This document shows, piece by piece, positions 13,188 through 26,090 of a stretch of 64,000 nt of DNA (position 1 is the stretch's first letter; the number at the start of each line of letters is the position of its first letter). The stretch is taken from contig CM082576.2 of assembly GCA_040954595.2 (NCBI GenBank), positions 19,143,028 to 19,207,027 of the forward strand, written 5' to 3'. The notes beneath the pieces were generated by a model that was given only the letters and a program-made list of their open reading frames with translations, searched no databases and had not been told where the DNA came from. The DNA is from Balanoglossus misakiensis (taxonomy: Eukaryota; Animalia; Hemichordata). A program made the translations under genes and the position numbers.

Positions 13188-16100
13188 AATAATAATAATT
13201 CTTTATTTCAGACTTTAAAAAAAGTCCATATACCCAAAAGAGAGAAGAAAAAAAAACAATAATAATAATCTGACACTGAGACACACACAAAAAAAAACTT
13301 ACATGATATACAATTGCTTTCGCCAATGTTTGAAAAATATGCTGTCAGTCGCTCTATCTGATGAACAGATCGCATCAAGTAAAACATTAGAAGAATTTTC
13401 GAGTCTACGCTTAAGATGGGTCCCTGGGATCTTTTTGCTCGTTGCTATGGGCCTTTATAGGACATTACACCCCGATTTGGACTAAGCCGTTTTCAGAGTC
13501 TAACAAGGGGCTGGTAACTAGTTGAAAATCTGCACGATTGTGAGCGCGCGCCCCCTGACGCCATTGATATGAAAATTAGCTAGGTCAAATTTCAAAAGCC
13601 TAAGGCTTTTTATTCCGTGACCTCAAAAACGAACTTGATACGTATTCATTAGTTGCTTGAACCAGGGAAGATCGTGACGGATTTTGTTTTCGAATATTAT
13701 CGTTGTATCCTAAGATTTCAGCATACCCGTACCACACCTGAAAAAGTCATCGATTTTGGGTGTTTTTGGACGCACTCTTCCAGCGGTATCGCTTCTTAGC
13801 ACGACGAAAACCGAAAAAACGATCCGTCACACTGTGCGGAAGTGCGTTCTCAACAAGCAGGTCAAATTTGACTGGCGTACGTGGCCTATGAAAAAAGCCT
13901 TAGGGATTTTCGTGAACGGTACAAAATCTCTGTGTACAAAACATTGGATTTTTAGCGTTCGATCCAGTTACTGTGGTTACAGGACGCGCACGCTATCGCT
14001 GACCGCTGCTTTGCCGTATTAGCGTGGCGGCCTATGGCCGGGTGGTAGCTGCCGTAAACATACTCGGACAGGGGGTGTGCACACAATCGTGCAGATTTTC
14101 AACTAGTTACCAGCCCCTTGTTAGACTCTGAAAACGGCTTAGTCCAAATCGGGGTGTAATGTCCTATAAAGGCCCATAGCAACGAGCAAAGAGATCCCAG
14201 GGACCCATCTTAAAACTGTACATATTGCGTCTAAAAACTTCACCAAGTGACAATACATGTACATGGTTTGTAGCAAACATACCCGATGCACAGCAAAATG
14301 GCGGAAGACCGAGAAATCTTCTCCAAACATTATTGTACATAGTTTTAAATTTTTTCATCGGTTTAACTTTAAAGGATGCCCACAAACTGCAACAGTAAAT
14401 ATTACTACAATATGCCAAAAATAAAACTTTCTTCACATCTTGACTACAATGTTGAAAATGTCTCAATAGCATGTTTGCTCTTACACAAAATGCTCTTCTC
14501 TGTCGTTCAATATCTTCATTATCACAACCATCACAAGATATAACATGGCCCAGATAGGTGTGTACAGGTACAAACTTTAAAGTGATGTCATTAAGTTTAA
14601 CCGAAGGAATTCTTTGAACGCTCATATTCTTCCCATTAAAAAGCATGCACACAGTTTTACTAGAATTATAAATGATATCATAATCCTTGCCATAAATTTC
14701 ACAAATTCTAAGAAGACGGCGTAGACCCTTAATACTTGGACTGAGTAGAGTCATGTCGTCAGCGTAACCTAAAGTGTTAGCGCTGACACCAGACATGGTA
14801 CAGCCAACTTTGGCTTTACAGAGTGCATTGATAATATCATCAATGTAGACATTAAAAAGATAGGGAGAGAGTACCCCCCCCCCCTTGTCTTACACCGTTA
14901 GAAACAGAAAACAACTCTGAGGGTTCATTACCCCACAACACAGTAAACAATTGATTTCTGTACCATTAATATAAAATTCGTACAGCATACAAGGGAACAT
15001 TCCTGTCGATGTGCTTGTTAATTATAACCAGTTTAAAGTGATTAACTCTGTCAAAAGCTTTTGAAGCATCCAGAAAACAAGTAAACACTGGTCTTCCATT
15101 GCTGGTGTAGTAGCTAATGATTTCTTTAAATGCAAATAAACACAGGTCAGTTGAATGTTCTCGCTTGAAACCAAATTGTAAATAATGAGAGGTAAGAAAC
15201 TCCTCACAACGAAAAAGTAAAATATGCTCAAAAACTTTAGAGAAAACAGTTGCTAGTGCTATCGGCCGGTAGTTACTGGCATCACTACAAAGCTTAGTTT
15301 TATCCTTAATAATTGGAACTAAATTAACATTGATAGCCTCAGTTGGCAGGTAACCATGAACAATCATTGCATTAATACAACAAGTCAGAAAGGGTAAAAT
15401 AGAGGAGTCTGAGAATTTGAGGTGCTCAGCTAAAATATTGTCAATGCCAGCTGTCTTACCGTCAGGTAACTTATGTATAGCAGAAATTACTTCGTCTTCA
15501 GAAACATACATATCAGAAGAAAATTTAACATACTTCATTTTCTCCTCGATGTCATTTTTACCAGTCTGAGCCTTGACAGAATTCAAAATATCACTGAAAT
15601 GCTTGTGCCACATAATTGCAATTTCACTCTCACCAGTCGCTCCACCTACAGTGTCAGAAAGCGGCGTTTTTCTGCTAGTTTGCTTTCTGACTTCCTCCCA
15701 GAAGTCGTTCTGTTTGTGGCAGCGTAAATTATCAGCCATCTTGTCAGCCCTATTTTGATTCTCAATCTTTTTACAAGCACGTAAAGCATACTAAAAACGA
15801 GCTCTGGAAGATTTCATGGTTTCAAAAAGCGGGCCTTGTTTAGGTTTACCCACATTAACCCATAATAAAAACATGGAACGGGCATAGTCGTGACTTTCTT
15901 TTACAAAATCGTTCCAGCCAGGCACAACATGAACTTTCTGGTGAAACTTACGTCTAATGGTATCTTTTGCAGCACAATTCAATGCGTCCACAATACTACT
16001 ATAACAAGTATCAATTGCCTGTAAATGCGAAGGGTCTGTACAGTTCACATTAGTGCAGAATAACTCTTCGGATAAATTAATCTTATCAATCTTGGCTTTG

Positions 16101-16325
16101 GTACAACCGGTGTAGGCGGATATATTCTGCTGTGACAATTTTTTCCAATCAACTCGAAAATTACATTGCTTGAAGGAACTACTGCTGAAGCTTTCATCAG
16201 CAGAAGTGTTGAAATGAACCTCTATTGAAACAGGAATATGGTCGGAGTCAACAACATTGCAAAGACTCGAAATTGAAAGAACATTGCTATGAGAAATTTC
16301 AGTGGTAACACAGTAGTCAATCCAA
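13188..16325 (-). mobile_element. 5'-truncated, decayed RTE-X-like LINE (EN C-terminus, RT, 3' tail), interrupted by a MITE
   Basis: Minus strand: WIDY..SDHIPV, VVPGWND, NYRPIAL, LQFGFK, FLDASKAFDRVNH, GYADD, YLGH. C-terminus continues across the MITE (SFKRRLENSSN...KHWRKQLYIM*). 3' end tatggac...gtctgaaataaag(att)n. Stops at 15791 and 14966, frameshift near the poly-C at 14875. Confidence 0.92.
13415..14209. mobile_element. Kolobok-type MITE (795 bp)
   Basis: TTAA TSD (13411-14, 14210-13); RR..YY termini GATGGG...CCCATC; ~128-bp near-perfect TIR; removal restores the LINE reading frame. Confidence 0.9.
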
Positions 16326-16559
16326 ACTCAGCGTAATTCAATAAAACGCCCTAACACAGCCTGAACTCCGATAATGTGTTGTCCCAAAATTCATTCCGTG
16401 GAAAATAATCACTGGTCTGTTTACGTATTTCAGCCGATTTTCCAAGGACTACTGCAACCCGCCAGAAGTGAGTAGCCTGCTAATGAGATCTCCACAACAT
16501 AACGTAATGACGGTCAAAGTCCGATGCCCCAGTGTCCGTCCTCAGCCCACCAAAAAAAG

Positions 16560-16927
16560 CGAAAAAATATTACAAAAATCTTCTTCTCAAAATCGACGTG
16601 GCCTAGGACCTTGAAATTTGGCACAGGGGATTTTGGCCACATGGTCTACAAAAATCGCGAAAAGAATGTACATGCCCCCATTAACGTGCAAATTAGGTCA
16701 ATTTGAAAATTTCGCTCGATTATAGCAACAAAGTCACGTGACTAATTACAAATTCAAAGGGCTGGTGCACCAGTACTATGGGCCCCAACCACCGTGCCAA
16801 ATTTGGAAGGCGCACCTGCCGGAATTTCAGAGAAAAACGGGCGCAAAAAAACGACTCAAGAAGAAAGAAGACAAACTCCAGCAATAACAGAAGGGGACCA
16901 AGCGCCTGAGGGCTCTTGGTCCCCTAA
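16560..16927 (+). mobile_element. Terminus of a Helentron/HINE-like (or CryptonV-like) non-autonomous element
   Basis: (aag)-rich tract, then terminal hairpin ggggaccaag-cgcctgagggct-cttggtcccc followed by TAA. Confidence 0.55.
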
Positions 16928-17668
16928 ATATGGGACTAAACTTGACAGATACCCGGAATATTTTCCTATTCAGGATACCTGGTTGCATTTCCACCTAAAG
17001 GCGTCCTATTGGCGTGGAAATTGTATAACTTGAAATCGTTTGACTGGGTGATAGGTATTAATATCTTATGATGTTATAAAACACTTGGCTCGCCGAAGGT
17101 ATGGACCGATTATAGCGTCAGTCGTGTCATACAATCTATATGAACGTCATGGGTCAATAAACTTGATGGTCCAATAAAATTCAATGGTTAGTAAAACTAT
17201 TGTGTCCAATGTCTGCAGAGTATACTGGCTGCAACATGTGTATGAGTCAGGATTAATGTCTGTAGCCATCAACCCAAAAGGTGAACGTCCTATTCTCACT
17301 AACTTAAATAGGTTTTGCGACCTAGTCTAGTTATAAAAACCTTATGATAAAGTCGACACAATTTCAAGATGACGATGTGCAAATGAGAGTTCATAAGCTA
17401 AAGTAAAGTTCAATGAATTCTATACAAAGTTCAAAAAAGATTGTTTACTAAAGGAAGACATGAAAAAACTGATATCGTCTCTTCATATTCGTACATGTCC
17501 AACTGTTGTGATTTGACCCCTCCCCCCCCCCCCCCAGGACATGGTACATGAAGCTATTACTTAGTACACACTTAAACAATTGGCATTTGAAGTGCCTTGC
17601 TTGACAGTGTTTAATGCGGTGGTCAGTCGCGTTTATCTCTCGCCACTTCATGCATCATGTCGCCTTAA

Positions 17669-17976
17669 AGGGGCAAACTCTCTCTCCCGTCGCCCTTTTC
17701 TATTAATAATGTTTGATACAAGACACCGTTTATATTAATGGGCATGTGTATATGTAGTGAATGAACGTTCAACCACACACAACTTCCATCCTGCTTGTAT
17801 GATATGAGAGTAAAAACTCGCCCAAAATGAATAAATGGTAGAGACCGATTTTTCAGTTTGGCGAGTTTTCGCTCTCGTGTCTACATGCGGGATGGAAGGT
17901 GTGTGCGGTTGAACGTTGCATCACTATATATCCACATTTACATTAACATAAACGGTGTTTTGTATTGTCATTTCTT
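17669..17976. mobile_element. Kolobok-type palindromic MITE, copy 1
   Basis: TTAA on both sides, AGGGGCA start, long internal inverted arms; homologous to 18761-19051. Confidence 0.75.
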
Positions 17977-18760
17977 TTAATCGTGGATTTTCGTTTCTGA
18001 TTTGTATGTATAATGAAAATCCATTTTGGGTCACTGCACTTGTTTTCGACTTTAAACAAGGCCGTGAATTTAGTCGATAATTGAAGAAAACTGCTGACGG
18101 TCAGCATTTTCTACCAATGGTTTGCCTATGGATACAATATTGAACAAAGTTTATCTCAAAATAGACCGTGGTGAATTTATTTTGATTTGTCGGAGCTATG
18201 TGTAAAATTTCCTGAAAATGACAATAATAGAAGGGAGTTTTCTAACTATTATCCATGTACTCCTATGGGAAGAGACACAGGCGCACAGTTTACCAGTTGA
18301 CGTTCTGCGCGTACATCATTGAGTGTACTGGCAGCTAACTTATTGTTTATTTGTAACAGCAATTGGATCTTGGAGCACTGTTTGGAACACCCTTTGTGAA
18401 ATATGAATGTCCAGAAGGTAAGTTGAATTGACCCTAGCCCTTTCACCAACATGGTTCAGTCAAAACCAATTGTTTTCTATGGTAATGTTGGACCTCTAAA
18501 GAGGAAACGGGGGGGGGGGGGGGTGATGAAAGGTTTAAGACTTACAGATCACAACTTAAATAGCCATTCAGAAAGAGGCTTAGAGTGGAGTATCAAATCG
18601 GACGATACCACTGACTGGTGGAGGAAGACAAAATAAGCAAACTGAGTAGATGAGTGCTCAGATTTCTTCAGAGGACCAAACGTTTCAAAGAATTATACGT
18701 GACAATCCATGCCTGGTCCGTCAGTAGATATAAACAGAACATTGTGGCTGTATTCATTAA

Positions 18761-19051
18761 AGGGACAAAGTCTCTCTCTCGCTGCCCTTTTTCCATTAAT
18801 TATGTTTGATACAAGACTGCGTTTATATTATTCTACATGTGGATATAGTGAATCAACGTTCAACCATACACACCTTCCACTCCGCTTGTATAGACACGAG
18901 AGTTTTAAAAAGTCGCCAAAATGAATAAACGGTCTCTACCATTTATTCATTTCGGGCGGGTTTTTACTCTCGTATCATACAAGCGGGATGGAAGTTGTGT
19001 GTGGTTGAACGTTCATTCACTAACATAAACGGTGTCTTGTATCATGTCCCT
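18761..19051. mobile_element. Kolobok-type palindromic MITE, copy 2
   Basis: TTAA-AGGGACA...TGTCCCT-TTAA with internal inverted arms. Confidence 0.85.
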
Positions 19052-19829
19052 TTAACACTTTTGAAGCATTTTACTAATGCTAACATGACTAGACCAATTG
19101 AATGATGTTACATTGCAGGTTATCAACTCAGAGGGGCGTCTTGTTATAAAGCGGTACCTGACAAACAATCAGCTGGCAACGCTGAAAATACCTGTCAGTC
19201 GTAAGTATGAAAGTATACATCATTTGAGTAGAATTTTATGGGAGATCCTAACAAGGCTTGGACATGTCACGCACAAATACAAAGGGCGCGTATAAAGACA
19301 GACAAAACCTCGCTTAGTGTGAGGTGTTCAGCGATTGCATCTGATAAGTCGAAAATGCTTGATCACATGTCATGTTCAGTTGGGAAATTGGATATGTCTC
19401 AGGCCAAAAAAACTAATATGTGCTATTCCGATTACATGGTTTTCAAAAATAGGGTAGGTAGAAAGGGACATTTTTTTATGTTTCAATTTTTTTATATCTT
19501 TGGCCGTCGTAGTGTAGAAGAATGACATCATAGTTCTTGCGTGATTCTCGCAATTTTCATGAATTGTTGTATATTTGACATCGTTATTTTTACTTCCGGT
19601 TTACGAAGATCTAAACTGTTTTGGGTCGGCGGGCTAAAATTAGGGTAGTTCGGGTAATCGTTATGACATTGGGAGCTACGGCTGCAAAGCCATGTGTCTC
19701 GTGCGAAAAGGGCCCTTAACCTTTTGCAATATTTAACAGCAAACAACAGACAGTTTTGAGAATAAAAGGTTTCCGTCGTGTCTGACTTTCATATCGCATT
19801 AATAGCATATCCCTAAATTTAAAGAAATT

Positions 19830-20060
19830 AGGAGAGACAGAGTGAAACAGGCAGAGTGGCAGACAGACACAAGCAGACAGACAGAGCAACATTCATCAGT
19901 AGAGACACTCATCGGTCGCTCGCTCGCTCACTCTCTCTCTCAGAGAGAGGGGGCAGACAGTCAGACAGACCGACGTTGACAGACAGTCAGTAAGTCAGTC
20001 AGCCAGTTAATCAGTCAGTCAGACGTCAAAGACACAGTGACACAAACACAGCGAGGGAGA
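19830..20060. repeat. Compound microsatellite (CAGA/CAGT/GA)
   Basis: Runs of cagacagac, ctctctct, gagagag, cagtcagt. Confidence 0.7.
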
Positions 20061-22574
20061 CAACAGGACCTTTCATGCTTAAACCCCTGTTCTTCTGTTA
20101 TAAACTTTGAAAACCGTTCGTTTTCAGACTGCAGATTGCTCGAATAACGCGACACACTGCCGAAACAATAAAACAAATACTAGTGGGAGCTCATAAAATA
20201 AAATCGCTCAACCATTCCGTCGTCCTGAGTGACCTCAGCCACATTAATTCCGACGTCTTTTTAGGGTCATGAAAAAAGTCACAAATAAGGTATTTCCCCT
20301 AGGTCCACCTGAAGCAAAAAGTTTTCGTTTCGACTCCATCATTCCGAATAGTAAGAAAGCAACAAAATTGAAAAGACAGATGTAAAATGCACTCTCTCTC
20401 ACGTGGTAACGTTTGTAACTATGGCAATCACGGTACGTGTTCAGTACACAGACAGGGAGAAAAGTTTCTCCATGCAATACATGTGTTCAGTAAGGTTTGA
20501 CCTTGGTTTTACTTTGTACCATGATCGCCGCTTTCTAAGCATGGATGAACGACGGCGGTCAGACCCAATCGAACCCTTTCATGTCAGATGACCACGGTAT
20601 CTCCACTGTGAGATGACATTTGACAAACCATTTGATTTCAACAAAATCTTCGCGTCGTCAACGCGTCGCATACCAGTCGCATATCGGTATTTACCCAATC
20701 ATAAAAGTTGGAAATTCGGGAGACTCGATCTGCAACCAAGTTGAGAGTAAATTTTGACGTTTGACTATTGGCAAGTAAACAGGTTACACAATGACTTGTC
20801 GGTTTTTCCTCCGTCATGGTCGTTCTCGACCCAAGTCCCCCCTCCCAATGTCCTTCCTTGACATTTAGACACACCTTGCGGTATGACCTTGGTGGTCATG
20901 TGCAATTAGTTTTCTTGTATAAAAGCTTTTCATGCCGGGGTAGACGACTTGTGCGTGGATCATCAACATTTCAGTGATATTTCAACGCAAAGTTTTAGCA
21001 ATATTAAGAAAACAGGTAGTGAGGTGTCAAATGCATATCAATGTACGAAAATTAGGTCAAGCCACCCGACAGCAACCGCTTTCACACAGTGTCGGACGTT
21101 GCACGGAATGTGAAACGTTGCACTGCTTCGGCCGTTCACATGCACCTGGGCGTGGGTTTGATTGATGGTCAAACGCCCCCACTTACTTTGGGCGTTTTCA
21201 ATGGTAAATGTGTCGTATTGATCGAAACCTTGCCGTAAACACATTTTTTTTGCTGAATCAACATTCAGAGTTCAGCCGTCTAGTTAACGAAGTATTGAAG
21301 TAAGCCACTTGTTCATCATTTTTTGTCTGTCAAACGTGTTTATTCGGACAGGGACCGGCCGCCAATGAGGGGTTTAGGGAGCCCACACGTACACTCTGGT
21401 ACCTGGACAATTAACATAGACATGTCGTGTGTACCGTCCGGTTCGAAAAGATTGGTTTAAGGTAGTCCTGGTAACAGTCATCCTAACGAGGCCAGGGGAG
21501 GTCTCCAAGGGCGAAATAAACATAGCTACCGATGACGAGTCGAATTCGAATCGGACGATGCTTGTTCATAAAAGGCACAGACATAAAGCTTCGAAGTTTT
21601 TTGTCTGTGTAGTAAAGATACGACTAATCAGCCTATAGTGTAACCGTAGACCCTGGAGAAATACCAGAGCACAGCACAATGCAGCAAATGGAGTGAAACA
21701 AGAACAAAGCTTAGTCTCTGCCGCAAACAAAGCTAAATCACATATTGACACTCCAAATAGAAGCAAGACAGCCGGGGGGGGGGGAGGCACAGTTGTAGAT
21801 CGCGGTGTTGACCCGCCCCTTCCACATCCTGTAGATGTTTGTGCGTCCAAGGCATTTTTGATAAAATATAGACTTTTGTTTTTAGCTCGAGTGTGGCCTA
21901 AGTATATCACCGTTCACACGAAAAATGTCTGTCTTTTTCAAAACGTTGTATTATACTTCTGTGTAATTTGAACTCTAATACAAGTGACAGTATTAGAGGA
22001 CAGATTTGGCACAGACAAAATTCGTATTAACAAACCACAGAGAAAACGTCAAAATGGAGCGATTTATAAAATGATCAATTCCACGAGTTTGCAAATTAAA
22101 GTTAAAGAGATACAGTTTCATTGGGTGGATCACTATCCTAGAGCGGTCTGGAAGCATGGGTGGATTTTTACCTGGTGTTTGTTTACCTGGTAAAAATAGG
22201 CTATTGTTCTCCCCTGCTTTTCATAGCGGATTTTTTAACACGTCTCCTCGAGATCAAACATTAATGAGCGATTAAAAGCGCTTCGTATACTTTTTGTGGG
22301 TCGAGTTGTGTTTTTCGTTTTATTTGGTCATTAATTCGATCAGAATGGATTGTTTATTGTTGTATTGTTAAAAGCTTGGATTTTATGTTTCAGTTGTGCA
22401 GAGTGCTTAAGTATGCTCGACTTGCGTGGCAATTCTGCATATTTGGAGCATTCTTTGGAATTTAATTGATTTGGACATGAGTTTGTTGTTTGGTTGGTCA
22501 TGGAACAACACGTGACATTGTCTGCATGACATTCTTTAGGGTGTTCCAATTCTGTAAATGACATGAGGTGGTTA

Positions 22575-22719
22575 CATAGGACCATATATGGCTGAGATGA
22601 GAACATATGGCGGCGCTCTTTTTTCGCGTGTGCCACCCACTAAAAATCTGTGATTGGCTACATCTCAATTTGCCATGGTAACTATAGCTAATTTTCCATA
22701 GGTGACCGTATACCTTTAA
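22575..22719 (-). mobile_element. Partial copy of the small TTAA MITE also at 36808-36990
   Basis: Reverse complement ttaaaggtatacggtcacctatggaaaattagctatagttaccatggcaaattgagatgtagccaatcacagatt matches the sequence from 36804. Confidence 0.65.
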
Positions 22720-23713
22720 TTGCCTGTTGGTACTAAACAGCACTCTCCCCGAGTCTAGTGAAACATCATTTTGGGGGATCTGGATTTCGTGTTCATTATT
22801 GCGTGACTGATACAGCGGGTATCGATTGGAATAGGCCCTATCGTTAAAATAGAAGTTCATTCTTGTCGGGCGACCCAGGAAGGCATAAGCTTGACGTGCC
22901 TAAAGTTTGTCGGACATTGTTCGACCATCACGGCTGCAAATTGGTTTAAGTTCGACCCTGGGCCCGGTGTAGCCTGCTCCAATAGAAATGGAGAAATTAA
23001 GTATAAGGCAACAACCCGAATGTGCCACTTTTTCACTCACAGCATCCCTCTAAAACCACAGTAAGTGATAAAACAAAAGGTTAGGTCGACTTTTCATGTC
23101 CTTATGCGCATGAAAAGAAAAGAATGAGACAGGGTCAATGAAGTCTAGTATCGTGTCTTCGTGCACACGAAGACGCCCGAGCCGTTCATCATCATGGTAT
23201 TCCTCGTGGAATCTCTTGGCAAGTGCATGGCGTGTACCGAGTCAGAACATGTAAATACTGACTTCTGCCATAGACGTACCAGGTGCTTCGACGAGTTGGC
23301 CTTCGGCATTGTGGTTTTTTGGCTTTTCTAGTGAAGCCGAAGGCCAAAACCAAGGACCGTGACTAAACTGAAAAGCCCCCACCCCCCCCCCATCTCCCCC
23401 CCCCCGCCCTCACCAGTTTTTGTAGTAGATATGTTCTTCATGCCTACCCCAATTCTACCGCTGGCTGCGCTGTCACAGTGACCTCAAGCCAGGTCAAATT
23501 TGAGCTAAAAGACAAGTTCCGTCTACATACTCATGAATATTTCTTGGTTTCTTCGCGTATAAACTCAGGAATACTATGCCCCTGAAGCCTCGGCTGGCTT
23601 TGATGCACGTTATCATGTTTTAATTAGTCAAAGACCCACAGTAGCAAAGTAGGTAATTGTCTTTTTTTCACGCGTATCCTTTGGTCATATATTCTGCCTG
23701 CAGCCCCCAGCCC

Positions 23714-24029
23714 TTGCTGCAGTTTGAAGCCCCTCCATCTCCCCTGAACGAGTTTTGGTTTTGCCGATTGAAGTTGAATAACTGGGGAAAACGTAGGCAA
23801 AATCGACAAATACCGCGACATCCTTTGCCAGGTAAGCGCTGTATGGGTTCCGGGACCGATTTGGCGAAAAAAGTGTGGAAAATTGTGGACTGGAGACGTC
23901 TGGAGTGTAGAAATTCGCTCCGGGCCCAAATCCCGGTCGCTCGTTGTGCGGTTTAGAATAGCTGGGACCTGCAGCCCCGCAAAAACAAAAATCGTCCAGG
24001 GGAGATGGAGGGGCTGCAAACTGCAGCAA
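23714..24029. repeat. Inverted repeat / MITE remnant
   Basis: ttgctgcagtttgaagcccctccatctcccctgaacga.. (23714) is inverted at ..tcgtccaggggagatggaggggctgcaaactgcagcaa (to 24029). Confidence 0.65.
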
Positions 24030-24763
24030 CCCCCAGTCCCACATTCGCTGATATAATTGTCACGTTCCTCGATAGTTATTATAATTTTTAGTTAGAGACG
24101 GCCTTGTAGACTCGGAATTGTAGACTAGCGACGGCTCAGCTGGCATATCGTACCACTTTTTCTGTTACATTGCCGACCGGCCCGGCGCAACTACCGAGGA
24201 AAGATACGGGTGTGCTCGTGGGAATTGTCAACTACCCGTTCATCGTTCGACTGCTCAACACAGATCATTGATAACACAATGTCACATTTCGAACTAATTT
24301 TGAAATTCTGGATAAATTCTCCAAATATCCTGTTAATCTGGGATTTTCTTCCATCACCTTGATGCAACTGTATCAGAATTTGTCTTTTAAGTTTATTCAC
24401 ACCAAAAAAAAACAACAACAGCCATTTCCTGGAAATTGTCATGTTTTCTCTAAAAGAAATAAGCTGAACTTTTTTATTCAAAGGAAACGTTCAGCAAATT
24501 TTTTTCTCCCCAAAATTCAGGTGAATTTTTCACAGATTCTTTTTTCCCAGAAATTCTGCCGAAATCTACACTAATCACACACTTATTGGAAAGGTGTAAC
24601 ACAAAATATAGACTTTACAAACAAAAATCTAATGTTATACATTTATGAACCTCTTATTCACCAATATTAAATGTTTTCAAAGAGGAAATGTATTATTCAC
24701 GGACTGGAATTTCGAAATTAGTTTGGAACATGTTTGATGTGTTATAAATTGGTTTATTTTCAG

Positions 24764-24882
24764 ATTTTATGGTGGGCACTTGACAGTAATTGAGGGTTAT
24801 TCTGAAAATCGTTATGCTGGAGCAGAGATTGTAAACCAGATTGAAGAGACTTCCAATGAAACAGCGAACCATGGTTGGATTG
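24764..24882 (+). CDS. Exon: C-type lectin domain, middle
   Basis: tttcag|a FYGGHLTVIEGYSEN...HGWI g|gtgagt. Confidence 0.85.
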
Positions 24883-25095
24883 GTGAGTGTGTCTTTTAAC
24901 AGTGTTTGTCAGTGTTCCCAAATAATTTGTGGGTGTATCAAGTGTAAAAAATAACTGGTTTTGGAATTTGACAGTTTACAAGTAAGCACTGCATAGTAAC
25001 ACTTGAATGATAATTGTCTCAAGATGGTAATTGAAAAGCCTATTTTTTACATCTCAATAACCTCACAAAATCTTGCTATTAAGTGACTCTGTATG

Positions 25096-25292
25096 CAGTT
25101 TTTCATCCAGATGGAGGGATGAGGGAATTCGCCCACTGTCAGCATGTTGGCACCCCCCTAGAAATTTGTCAAAGGGGAAATGGTGCCCCTTACAGACTCA
25201 GCGATGTCACTCATTCCCCTCCTTGCAAGAGTGCAACTATTCAAGCAAAGGGGGACATATCCCCCCCCCCCCCCATCCTGGATGAAACACTG
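25096..25292. mobile_element. hAT-like MITE in intron
   Basis: TIR cagtttttcatccag / ctggatgaaacactg; flanking duplication CTGTATG(C). Confidence 0.6.
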
Positions 25293-25328
25293 CTGTATGC
25301 ATCTTCTTTCTTTATTTCCATTTTATAG

Positions 25329-25544
25329 GATTTAGTGGACCCAATCGAGATGGCAGTGTGGAATATGATTATTCAGATGGCAGGAAAGGTAGTGTCTTTG
25401 ATGGTCGATGGGCAGACACAGAACCTGATGCCTCCACTGGGCAATGTGTGAGGTTAAACCTCTTTGAAAATAATTACCCATTGTATCATGCAAGATGTGA
25501 TGATGTCAGTCTGTCAATGTGTGAAGTAGCAGCTTGTGCTGAAG
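25329..25544 (+). CDS. Exon: C-type lectin domain, C-terminal part
   Basis: ttttatag|GFSGP..YSDG..WADTEPD..GQCVR..ARCDD..MCEVAACAE g|gtaagt. Confidence 0.9.
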
Positions 25545-25639
25545 GTAAGTCTGATTCAAATCAGCTAGAATCTTCCCTTACTCGCATCAGGTCTTTACTT
25601 TTCTCGCACTGCTGTAGTCACCTCCCAATATATATACTA

Positions 25640-25940
25640 AGAGAGAGTGTGTGCAAAAGAGCGGGAGGGAGAGGCTGGGAGGGGAGAGTGAGAGGGGAGG
25701 GAGAGAGAGCTGGAGAGTGACAGGGAGGGAGGGAGGGAGGGTGGTAGTGAGGGAGAGGGGGAGAGAGAACTAGAGGGAGAGGGAGGGGTAGAGGGGGGTA
25801 GGGAGGGAGAGAGAGCTAGAGAGGGGTGGGAGGGAGGGAGAGGGGCGGGAGAGGGGAGGGAGAGGGGCGGGAGAGGGGAGGGAGAGAGCTAGAGAGGGAG
25901 GGGGAGGGGGTGGAAGGGAGGGAAGGAGAGAGAGTTAGAG
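25640..25940. repeat. Polypurine (G/A) low-complexity tract
   Basis: ~300 bp almost entirely G and A (gggagagagagctagagagggag). Confidence 0.9.
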
Positions 25941-26090
25941 TCCCCTAAGCAATACAAGATATACTTGGAAGAGCTCACCACTAAAAGTTAAACAAGGGGG
26001 ATCAGATCATGTGATGTCTCCTTGGGTGCAGAATGGTGTTATATTTGAAATTCAAAATTGAGGCCAGTTGTCGCTAGATAATTCCACTCA

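Noticed and set aside
19395-19816. Possible MITE (ggccaaaaaaa..tttcaaaaatagggtaggtag)
   Set aside because: Only a weak inverted match (atgtgctatt / aatagcatat); ends not definable
20000-24760. Short ORFs as candidate first or signal-peptide exons of the uif-like gene
   Set aside because: No convincing signal peptide with a donor, and no CP..W..CY lectin start found
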